32,425 nt of DNA, from contig NW_024705599.1 in assembly GCF_018977255.1 (NCBI RefSeq), forward strand, positions 1 to 32,425, in the 5' to 3' direction. Shown here one piece after another: positions 20,859-32,425 of this stretch (its first letter is position 1; every line of letters starts with the position of its first letter). Under the pieces are notes generated by a model. The model saw only the letters and a program-made list of their open reading frames with translations. It did not search any database and had not been told where the DNA came from. The position numbers and the translations under genes were made by a program. The stretch comes from Callorhinchus milii. Its lineage: Eukaryota.

Positions 20859-22463
20859 TTTTTGTAATAGTTTAATAGATTTCCAATACTATCACCACGA
20901 GCCTCCAATGCTATATCATCCATGGGCTAGATCAGAAATTGGTACGATGTAAGATAGCAAAACTTTTAGTCATATTAATTTATGTACAGGGGTAATACGA
21001 GTAAATTATTTTTTATAACCCACTCATTTCAAATTGTTATCACTTAATTCACTTGTTGGCTGCAAATAAATGGCAATCACTAAAGTTATGCCAGCTCAGG
21101 TGGTAGTGAAAAATAATATATCTGGTGTGGGTTGATATATAAGACAGTCCAAACATGAAAATGTAAGAGTAAAAAAGCAAATCTTACTTGCAGAATTGTT
21201 GTTTTGAAGACACACTGAATTTGACTTGTCTTTTTTAAAGTATGCACATTAAAATAAAATTTTCTGTATTTACTAATTTTCACAATGTAATATAGTTCAA
21301 AAGCTACTGTGTTTTCATTGATTTTCCATGACCAATGTTCTCACTTGAGATGTGGATTGTGTTCATTATGTTCATGTGGCCACAACGTGCACCTAGCCTG
21401 GCACAATGTCTGGTGACGTCACTGCTACTTAGCGGAGAACAGCAGTTGTTATATTTCATGTTTTATTCCTGATTAGAATTGTATAATTAAATATGGGAAT
21501 TAAAACATTTTTAAATTACAAACTGGGAGTGCGATGGTTATTTTTAATATTGTTTCCTATACTGTATACACTACACTTTATTCAAGCTTTATTATAAGTT
21601 GTTGACATTTCCTTAAGATGCTGTTATGCAATCATAATGTTCTCACATATTGAGACTTTTTATAATGGCACTGAGCAATTATTTTGGGGTATTTTTGTTG
21701 CAAATCTTGTTGCTTTATCAGCCAGTTTCAAAATAATCATACAGCAATCAATCTCTGGCACGTGTAAGGGAATAATGCTTTGTGAGGAACAGGGTCACCA
21801 GTCAGACATATCGTTGGTTACTATGGCTTGTGTTCTGTCTAGCCTCATCAATCGCTCGCGAAGGTGTGACCAGTGTGCCATAATATTCTAACAACATGGA
21901 GCACAGTTTCAAATGATGCCAATACATAATCATCAACACAAAACACTCGAGTATGAAACTGGGTGTGTAAATAAATCAAGGGTCACATGTTATAAGCTAT
22001 ATTTCCACTGGATGGCAGTCTTTTTACTTACCAGGATGGGTGTATTCTTACCATATCCTTACCTGCTACAAATAATACGGTACTGCCATAGCCTCTTGTG
22101 CGGGTAGAAAATATCAGCTTTCAAAAACCACACGATCTAATACATCTTTACACAAGGAAGGCATTACAGTAATGGCGTTTGTAATGTAACACATTACTGT
22201 AATACCCTTTCACGAAATGTCTTATGGCCTAAATTGGGCGTGAAAGGATATTCTTATTGTAAAATCTTCCATGACATGGCATGTATAATTATAAACCTGA
22301 AATATATCTTTTAATGGCTAAAGATGTGTAACAGTCTACAATGCTCGAAGGTTATTTAAAAAAATAAGTATGACATGTAAAAAATCGTTAATGAGATCAG
22401 TTACAGAAAAAAATGTTTTACATTGGTATAATCTGTCAGCAGAATACACAATGCATGTATTAT

Positions 22464-22919
22464 CTTCGAGCCTAGTCTCATATGGGTTGGACCAGATGAC
22501 GCCAAAAGGCGCACAACTCAAGGACAATGCACCATCAGAGTATGAGAGCTCGGGGCAAGCATCTACACTATGGGACCTCATTTGCCAGTAAAAATATGAT
22601 AATTGGTTCTTTACCCTTCTATCTGGCAACAAAACTGACACCTTTTTGCAAGGAGTCATGTTTGCATAGACCGCAATACCTGCAGTCATAATACAAACAA
22701 AAGAACATAACTCTGATAATGTGCACCGTCCTTGAAGTTGATTGGTCCACACCCGAGACAGCTTTCCTTCGAGCCTAGTCTCATATGGGTTGGACCAGAT
22801 GACGCCAAAAGGCGCACAACTCAAGGACATGTCAAATATCCTCAAGGTGTCAGTTTGTTGCCAGATAGAAGGGTAAAGAACCAATTATCATATTTTTACT
22901 GGCAAATGAGGTCCCCATA
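22464..22919. repeat. Local direct plus inverted duplication
   Basis: 63-bp exact direct repeat at 22464-22526 and 22767-22829. About 76-bp near-exact inverted repeat at 22569-22644 and 22844-22919. Confidence 0.9.
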
Positions 22920-24696
22920 CTCTAGTAGCACTGTTAAGATATTGATAAAACTTCTCAAGGGGTGACCAGATGGGAATATTTATTTGATACAGACTTAATA
23001 ATACAGTACATGCGTGATTCTAGGAGCCTTGACACATTATCTTTATTCGAATTATACACTAAGAATTTACTACTACAAAGCCAGAAACACCTCAAAGAAT
23101 AAAAGCAGATTTTATTTATTTATTAATTTTGACGATTTTCACTGTTTTGCTACATACAGAAGCCATAATTGAATGCTTACATGTGCATCTTTGTAAAATG
23201 CAAACTGTCAGATTTAGGAATGTAGAATTTATATTCTGTCTTGCAAAACCACTGGGAGACATTTGACCAAGGAATAGTGGCCCAGATGGCTCAGAATATT
23301 GCACTGTCTCGTGAACTCCAGTTACTTATAATAGATGTCTTCCGTCTGTCAGGATAGATTAGCTCAAAAGCAGAGAGGGGCTGTGTATGGGCTTGCACTG
23401 CACTCCTGAGCTGCCAATCACAGTCAGAATGTCACACCGACCAAATGTAATTTACAAAACTAAGTGATTGCTACATGCAGCACTCGAAGCGCTTGAAGCT
23501 TTTGCATTATAGGCCCCCTGCCCTTACTGTTAAAAGAGCAGTCCGTCCTTTTTTTACTGAAGTTGTTTGGGTTGAACATAATTTGAATTATTATTTATAC
23601 TCCTGGTAAATAGTTTCGAACCCAAAATAGGTGTCATCATTGTTGAAGGGAAAAAAATAACAATTCAAATTTACATTGAAGGTAGAACTTATTTTTAAGA
23701 AACGTAGAAAATGTACACTGAACTGTAAATTCCATATATTTTTTTAAGCATGTATTTCAGCTTTCAGGCACACTAACATATACAAATGATGTAAATATTT
23801 AATGTTTGTAGTCTGTACGTGTTAATCCCGTTTGTTAATACACTTCAAGATAAGGACATGCAGGTCGTCGGGATATTTGACCATACTTCATCATATTAGT
23901 CAGTGCTACCTGAAGGTGGGCAGTTTTGGTGTTGGTGACAAGTATGGTACAACAATGGATTTTTCTGAACTGCCTTCTGCTGCCCATCATGGAACCGCAT
24001 GGAACTATAAACAACCTGTCATGCATGGTGGTCACCCATATAATAACAATCCAGGCTCAACCTGGTTATCTTCTAAGATAACACATTTCAACGCAGTCTA
24101 CAGTAGGTGCTTTACTTATAGACCATGTGTAGATTTATTTTGACATTTTACTCCTCAGCGGTAAACACAGTGGTAGGGGTTGGCGAGCGGGTAACTGAAG
24201 GGAATATGACGTGCTATTAGTGTATGATGTCCCTTCTCTCGGAAAATTTACACGCATTATCTTAAAATTAAACTTACTAATCTGACCTGACCAAGGAGAA
24301 GAAAGAGCAAATGCTACGAGATACAAACACTACTCTAACCAATGTTGTCAACACACTGCAGAATGAAGGCTTTTTCACGCCGTGTCAGTCATGACCATAC
24401 TTAACTTTTATTGTAGTGATGGATGAATTAGTGCAGTGGGAAACTCAGGGCGTATTCATATATTGTTCACCAGAGTTATTATACATGGCTTGGGCATCAA
24501 ACTCGGGTCACAAGGTGCATGGCACAGTGGAACTGACTCCATGCCAATTAAAGCACATAGTGACAGCAAGTCGGCCAAGAAAGCTGCAAATATATTTTAT
24601 CTGTTGTGATAAGAAATATGGTTATTTTGGGATCCATTAGATCCAAGCAAATAATCTAATTTAAATTAAGTTTACAGTAAAAACAACTTGGGGTGG

Positions 24697-24846
24697 AGTG
24701 GTGGCATAGTGGTTCGTGTACTGCACTATGAACCTAGCGACCCAAGTTTCATTCCCTGCCATGGCTAACATCAGTGAACTGGTCCAACCTGTACTGACCA
24801 GTGTGGTGAAGTATGGTCAAACACCCCCCCCCCCCCACCATGACCA
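24697..24846 (+). mobile_element. tRNA-derived SINE (same family as 696-934)
   Basis: A-box TGGCATAGTGG, degenerate B-box gtttcattccc, and body tggtgaagtatggtcaaacaccccc…catg. Confidence 0.65.
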
Positions 24847-26151
24847 ACAGTGAGAGGAGGCTGTAAATTATACAGCAATACAGCACTATATTTCATGACT
24901 TGGTTTTCCTTTGTCAGGTTACCTACACAACATGAACTCTCAAACACATGGGGTAGGCAACATTCAGGGCAGCACACAACTGTAATTGACAACTCGGAAC
25001 AAACCATATTTATTTGGACAGCGCTCAAAGGCTGGACCTAGGTAATTGGGAAGAGATGTGGGAAGCGCATGAGTAAATGTGACCTCATCTCAAGGTGACC
25101 CTCGGCGCCAATTACGATTTCTATCGAGTGCGAAGCCGATTGCGTGCAGTGCGCTCGCGCGGCCCATCTGTGTCACTGTATCAGAGGATGTCAGGCTCCC
25201 ATCTATTTTGGAACAGCAGCAGCTCACTCCAACAATGCTACACTCTCCCAGCCCCATCCATACCCTGGCTATTTCAATTAGCTTCATTTTTTAAATGCTG
25301 AGCTAGTACGAAACATTCCGCATTATTGTACATAGTGCACTACTGTATATCTTAAGCTACAGTAAAACAAATATCCATTAGCATTGATGAGCAAATCTGT
25401 GGCTTTGTGGTACGTTGATAAAAGCTCCATTCCGATGTTGCCAAGCAAAAGGCTCATAATATAATTTACAATAATCCGTTTAGAAAATAATAAAGCATAG
25501 CAGTGCTCTCTTACTGCAGGAAGAGCATCCCATGATTCTGTCGATTAGCCTTAAATTACCAGCCATGTCATTGATGGAACAAATAGGTTAACTCTCTATC
25601 AAAGTGCATCTGCAGTAATGTATACATGTGAGATGCAATTAATTCTTTAAATAGCTGTGTTAGCTAAAGGAAAAGCCTCAATGAATGATTTGTATAGGGG
25701 GAACCTCTGTTACTGTTGCCATGCCACAAGTAGGTCACTCAGCAGAAAGACCAACGAAACTGAAATTAAGTCCACATATAGATATGCACTATGCTTACAT
25801 TGGGGTGCCTTGGTACGAAAGGGGTTAATGAAGTTACAACCAATCACACACATTCCTCACGAGCAAATAATAAAAAAAGATGTTACTTCCATCTCATTTC
25901 CTTTGACTCTTTCGAGTAAGAAAGGAATTAGACTCCTACAAGTTTTTTATCAGCAATCCTTTGTTCATTTATTGTACTGGGACCTCAATAAGTCTTATTT
26001 AGCCTTGCATAAAGCAGATGTGGCTAGCTTTATTAGATGAGGCACTTTTTTATTGTGCTACAACACCAGATGATTTTGGTATATATTTAGGGTTTACCGC
26101 ACCACAATATTGAGATTATTATGCACTTGAAGTATTCATTTTGACGAGGGA

Positions 26152-26181
26152 NNNNNNNNNNNNNNNNNNNNNNNNNNNNNN
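26152..26181. other. Run of 30 N (gap or join)
   Basis: Directly visible. Confidence 1.
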
Positions 26182-29100
26182 TAGATCGACTACGAACATC
26201 ATTGTCCTTCGAGAAGGCAATAGATACATAAACATTTGTCGGACCTTGAAGCTAGTGATACGTGCTAAATGTCCTGAAGCAAGGGGTGTGGACAGTCAAA
26301 CTGGGCTAAAGTACCGCATCCTTCTAAGCCGGGGGAATCTCTAGTCTCTATGGAAGAGCTCGGATTTCACTCGCGCTGAGTTCGTCTCGAGTTCCGAACT
26401 AGCCGGCATGTTCACGGATAACTCGGATGGTAGCAATATGGTTGGTCACCGCACTTGGCCGTAAGGCGCTCTCACAGCGTCTCCAGCTACGTACCATGCG
26501 TGCAGGAAAGTTACCGGTATCCTAAGACCGCAGGGTCTCCGCTCACAGTTACGCACGCAAAAATGCGTTGAAGGAACGTATCATAGATTCATCCCCAGTG
26601 TTGCCTCTCCAGGTTTGGCTGCAGGCGTTAGATAAGGGGTGACATAAATGGGCAGAAGAAGTAGGTCTCTCAGCACGGCTCACACAGAGGAAACTTTAGC
26701 GCGCATGCCGGCCCTAGCCTACTCACCAAACTAAGTTTTATGAGCTCGATGCACTCACCCAAAAGGCCCGTCCCGTATTGATTGGTATGCGCAGCTGAGG
26801 CGGTCACCGGACTGCGTGACTACAGGAGTAACGACAAGAGTTCGGAAATGATGGGCGTTCAGAATGGTTTTCGAGTCTACCGAATAGATTCCTCTTTTGT
26901 GGAAACATGCGCGGTCGCGAATAGTCAAAGAGTCTGCAACTTACGGCGGTCAGCAGATAGCAATACAAACCGGTTAACGCGATTTCAACTTTGCAAAGAA
27001 ATCGAGGGGCACCGTCGCAGAATCTTGGTGACTTGAGCTCACATACGCAAGTTATCTACGGTCCATGTCACTAACTAATTCAGTAAAGGCGCTTGGTCTA
27101 AAAATCATGGGCAAGTTGGAAATTCTATGATAAAGGGCTGATCCAGTGACGTCAGTGGTACTCCCTGAGGCAGCATCGCACTAAACACCGACTCGCTGAG
27201 ATGCGTGAAGGCATGTATTGAATTCGTGTGTTAGTGAGTTCGGATACCTGATCAGCCAGCGACCGGTCTGTCGTTGTCGCGTGTAGTCTAATAAGCACTA
27301 ATGGGCAATTAATTTTTATCTCATCGAGAATCTCTCACGAGTGTATCATAACATGGGATTCTCCTTGAATCGTGCTTCTCGCGCGACGTTAGTAATACCT
27401 CTGGGGCAGAGTATAGTAACTAATGTCTTGTAGCTTGGGGATTACACAAGTTACCACATAAGATAACGATTTCAGTCGAGACCTCCTGACGAGCTAGAAT
27501 GTAAACGTCAACTACAATGGTCAGGGAAGTAGTCTAATTAGTGGACGCTGTGCCCAGTATTAAGTTTAACGCCCAGGCGATGGAGATTATCGTACGGCAC
27601 TTCAATCAACGATCGCTTGCAAATAACACGGAACGTTTTACGTTGCAGCCTAACCCTATAGCCGCTAAACACCTCGGGTGTAGAGTGGCACTCGGCAACA
27701 GCAATGCCCGCTCCTCACTTTAGTGTGGCATGTAGCTGTTACGCCCGTGAATATCCAAAAGACACGAGATGACACTGAAACACGACTATTTCTCTACGCG
27801 ATGAGTAGGGAAGACAAATCCAGCGAAACACTAGTCATGCGGGGACGCTTGTAAGTCTCTCCTGACGTAAATATCTAGATGTAGAATGGTGGTATAGCAA
27901 TTACCTACCACGTGATCGCGGTTCGAGCTAACCCACTAAAGGGTCGACCGACTGCCAACCTTCGGACCCTGATTGCCTTATTACCAAATAGCAGCACACG
28001 CACACGCTTCCCGTGTGTGAGGGTGTTCTTTCCATAGCACGGCTTAAAACCCTGGCAGTCCTAATTCTCTATTCTAAGTGTGGCTGTCTTCACACTGCGG
28101 CATTCGGGATTCCGTTGCAGCTTAAAATCGATCATTCTAGGCTCGTCTTGGGGAGAGAAGAGCCTGATAAAATACACGCGAACCCGCGTCTCAGATTCAC
28201 GGTGAGCTAACGTAAAACGTCGTTCATGGGAGGTCCCATTCCATGTTCGGAGGCTAGTCCGCCATTTGTGGGGTAGCCGCCCTTGTCGACACACCACAGA
28301 ATTGTTCCTTTATCGTTTCGAACGAAGGCTAATATACCAGAGACATGCCGCTAATTTTGTTGATGCCCAACCCCTCTTATGGAATCCACATGGCAGCCGC
28401 TTCTTTAGTCGGACATTACACTGAGTCGGGGAGCACATGTGCTAGATCGGGTCACTATCTAAATGTGCCTTACATGGTAACATAGGATTGACCGCGGCTT
28501 GTCCCGCCGCTATCGTGCGCAAGTATGGCACTATCCTTAATTTTGGAACTATTACATTAATTCAAGACGTCGAGAGGTCAGCATACAAGTAATAGTGCAG
28601 GTGCAATTGCATCCCCGCCAGAATCCCGGAGCCTGTTATGGTCCCTGGAGCAATGGTGAAGATGACATTATTCTTCCGTATGGGAGTGTGCCGCCGATTA
28701 AGTCGGAGAAGCAGTTACGTATCTAACTTAGCTCGTGCCATAGTGCTCCAGCCCACTCCTCCCTACAGCGCCAGTTTGTCAAGTGACCCACGCTGCATTT
28801 AGAACGTTTTTCAGAAGCGTTCCCAGGGGATCCTGCTACTTATTGGTTTAGTCAAAACTATAGATCCAGAGTTGAGCAGTACTGGCCCCTTTGTTTTAGG
28901 TCCCTACCGTTACCCTTCATCTAGGATTTCGCGAACTGAATCGGAATTATGTATAAAGCATCTGAGAAGCACGATTGTTGCATAGTGAAGAGAGGCTCCG
29001 ACGCTTGGACTTTGTGCGGAACTAAGTCCTATGCTGCAACTTGGAGGTCACGCTGTCAAGTTAAGATAAGAAGGGTACTCAGTACCTAAAACCTAATCCT

Positions 29101-32100
29101 ATCAATCCAAGAAATTCGGTACCCCTGCACGTGCTCACTTACCCTAGTAGAGCGTTAAACTAGGGCCTATTTATGTGTTCACTTTTCCATCGGCGTAAGA
29201 TCGTATTCTTAGATAACTGAGTTTTGTATCCCCCGAGACAGTCCACAGTTGCCTAATTAACCCGTACTCTGACTATTGCGTGTGCATGGGGCGTCCGGGC
29301 CGGGCCCAACGCTTCCCTGGGATGTTGAGGCCGACGCTAGATCACAGCACATTTTGTCCGAGGTAGAAGTTAAGAGTCGTAGACCTACTCCTTTATTCGC
29401 CCGGAGGCTCGCCGACAGACATGGTGGCTCTAAGTTATTCATTCCGCGCGCGATGTCACATTTTCGCCTGTTGTTGTGTAAGAATACGAAACCTACATTA
29501 GATGCGGTCACATTTTACAGAACGTAAATGTTACTCTAAAATACATGCCATGTTTAATACGTAATACATTTCACAGGTAATCGGAGAGTCTACACGTATT
29601 TCTACATACCGTACGCCTAGCCGTCGCAAATGATCGTGACTGACTTCCAGGGTCGGTCAGAGGTTCGGACAACGTGGAATGGCTATATCACGTAGTGCCC
29701 ATTTCTTAGAGATTACTGCTCCAGTGGCTTACTCGATCATGCGCTTATGAGGGCGCCATGTGGCTCCCTGATTAGTTAAGAGAAGCCGATCAATAGCGGC
29801 CGCATAATTCAGGCGCGGCAATTTGAACAACTTACCCACAAAACTCGGGTGTGACCTAATACCGCCAACTCTCGGGGCTGGGGGTTAGAGCAGTTGGGAC
29901 TCAAGACTGTCTACGTTTCCCAGGCGTGCACTCATGCTGTGGGAGATATCGGTTATGGTCGACAAGCGCGCCTATCCTGAGAACAACGTACTAACATTAG
30001 ACGTGAGAAGGGACTCCGTATCGATGGTTACCGAACGGAAGGTAATAAAAGAGAATGGTGTTTTTTAGCGAATTTAGCAGCTGCATCGACTTAGGTACGC
30101 ATAGCCCTAATGATGGCTTGCGGCACAGTTTCGAGCTCTAGTGACGCATAGCGTCAAATGATGGTCAGCCCTCGGTAGTATCATTTACGACCGGCCCGTA
30201 GGCCATCAACTGTTGGACCCATAGCAGGTGCCCAGAGGGCAGCACTTGTTTTACAGCGTAGAGCCCCGGTGTGGGCCCTGTAACTAAAATCTGGGCTTCG
30301 AAAACAAATATCGCACATACAGTGGAACTTCTACAGATAATATTTCTCCTTAGGGCCCTGTGTCACGGAGTGTTAACACAGTTATTTAGCGATTCGGCTT
30401 GACGTATGCAGGGTACAGCCACCCGACCGAACGAGCTTGAAACTTTGTCCTGTCCTGGCGAACTAAGGATAACATAGATTACGTGGATTGGGACCGGTAT
30501 GACTAATTCCATATTTAGCATATGCAGGCGTTATCCCTACAAATAATGGAGCGACGTGTATCGCGCATAGGGGCAAAGTGCGCGCAACAATCTCCGTCTT
30601 GCGGCATTATGTTGAGTGCATGCCACCGCTCCCTCAAGAACGTGCCGAATTATTAATGTTGTCGCCCACCTGGTAGCTCTGAATTCTTCTGCTCTTATTT
30701 TTCTTGACGTGCTGGGATGAATGACCGACGGCGATCCAACATTATGGGGGACCTAAACAACTAAAAAGAAGTATCTAAACCCCCACCGTGCGACCTTCAA
30801 CCCCAAGAGCTATGTGCGTTGTAGTGACCTTCCCGCGGCCGGGTTCAGGATCTCTCTATTCGCGGTACCATGCTCTAACAGGACCAGCAGGAATAAATAC
30901 AACGGGCGACTGCTGTAATTTCATTCTTCAGCGTATGACATTATTCCGCAACTGCCACGGGACCTAGAATGTTAGGCAATTTTGCGGCTTGAGGTCATTG
31001 TGCGTAGACACAATTGGGCAAACTTCAAGGAATACGCCCTTAACAAGCTAGCGGCGGTATTTATATTCACCCGTACCGGATTCGGCTTGAATTCTAAACC
31101 ATGACATCTGGTCCCGTGTTGGGGCATTAGACGGGCATTCACTGCAAGTTTACGCACAAGTAACCCGGGCAGACCGTTCCCAATAGGTTTCTGGTCCCCT
31201 ATCCGCAACTACGAAGAAGGGTCATATCCGCATCCTGTATGGGGCCGATTCATAAGGTGTAGACAGCCCGCGCCTCAAAGACTCTGCCTAAAATGTGTGT
31301 AGCGTATATACAGCGTGACCGTAGCCATCCCTCCGGATGCGACTGCTTTTCTTCTGGATGGCGAAAGATAGAATGACATCCTTCGATACGCTCCTAAGGA
31401 TGTCCATAAGGTGTAAAACCTTGGCCTGGTATGGCATCATTACTTGATACGACCTACGAATGTCTCCGAAATCCTCGTAGGGACGCTTAAAAGCCCGAAC
31501 GTTGGTGAAGGATGTCCCGTCGGAACACTACAGGCGTGGACTGGGAATAGAACGACCATGCGAAGAGAAGGTAACCCCTTCACTTTAGCCTTATCACCGT
31601 TCGCCGTTAATTAACGCAGGAGCCCGGCTTGCGCACTCAGGCGTTCTGATAGGGACTAGTCTAGGCTATCATAGGCAGGCAAGAGGATATAGGATACTAG
31701 ATTCCTACGCGCCTGCTAACAACAAATATGCTGAGCAGCTACACTGCTCCATTGGTTTTCTGGAGGAGGTCCGGGGCCACCCCCCGAGTTAGACGGCTAG
31801 GTATACGTGTCAAACTCTGATGGTACCTGGGGTTTATTGTGAGATGTAACAAAATTGGAACTTCTTCACTTTGGACATAGACCTCTTGGCAGTGGCCTAT
31901 ACATGTACGATTTTGTGTCCATAAACTGTTTCACGAAATCGAACACACAACTCCCTCCATCTTGAATACAATATTATAACATGGCTTTAGACCGAATATA
32001 ACTAGGAACTCGCCCCTTGATATCAAAGTCGCATATCGATCAGACTGTACCAACGCACCAATGGAGCGGACCTCCCAATTCGCACGACAACGCCATAGAC

Positions 32101-32425
32101 TCATGGTCAAGATCACACTTCCACCCCCTAAACGCTGATCGGGCGTAAGCCGCGAGCAATTCCCATTTAGTGCTCGGGCTGTTCGCGAATCTGTATTGTC
32201 ACTAACCTATAGCCATCCGAGTCACCGCGACAATGAGAGAGCCCGGACGAGCCTTTGCCGGCTGTTTGGGGGGGTAGAACGAACCTTTATCTAGCGTCTA
32301 GCATAGCAATACGGGTCTGATGTCGTGTTACGACTCGTTTAACAGATTAGCATACTGAATATTTATCTAAACGTCGTGCTAGTCCTTGGGTAAGTATCCG
32401 TAGGAGTGTATGGATTGTTATTCCA
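26182..32425. other. Featureless, random-looking sequence of different composition
   Basis: Roughly even base use, frequent CpG and TA, no repeats or long A/T tracts, and only short meaningless ORFs. This is unlike the sequence before the gap. Confidence 0.7.

Noticed and set aside
22336..22965. 182-aa and neighbouring ORFs with repeated peptides
   Set aside because: The peptide repeats only reflect the local DNA duplication and inversion; no domain is recognisable.
26182..32425. Short ORFs after the gap
   Set aside because: Lengths of 60-84 aa are what chance gives in random sequence; no motifs.

Overview
Animal (metazoan, probably aquatic deuterostome/vertebrate) genomic DNA from 1 to 26151, then a 30-N gap, then about 6.2 kb that looks like featureless, random-composition sequence. 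The real part has one large single-exon-like gene or pseudogene (13280-20098, +). It encodes an acidic N-terminus, three 543-bp (181-aa) tandem repeats and about nine 423-bp (141-aa) tandem units each carrying one C2H2 zinc finger, and it is broken by many frameshifts. The main signal lies upstream (6531-13178): eight insertions of a short Penelope-like-element (PLE) terminal-repeat family. They carry seven minimal type I hammerhead ribozymes with compensatory stem II changes and a conserved downstream stem-loop. Most are fold-back (inverted-arm) insertions with two nearly fixed ends, and four have exact 12-bp target-site duplications. One copy interrupts a Penelope reverse-transcriptase fragment, and another starts exactly at the predicted ribozyme cleavage site. 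Also present: several tRNA-derived SINEs, a MITE-like element and a candidate E2F/CCAAT/GC-box promoter. All calls are by eye; no database search was run.
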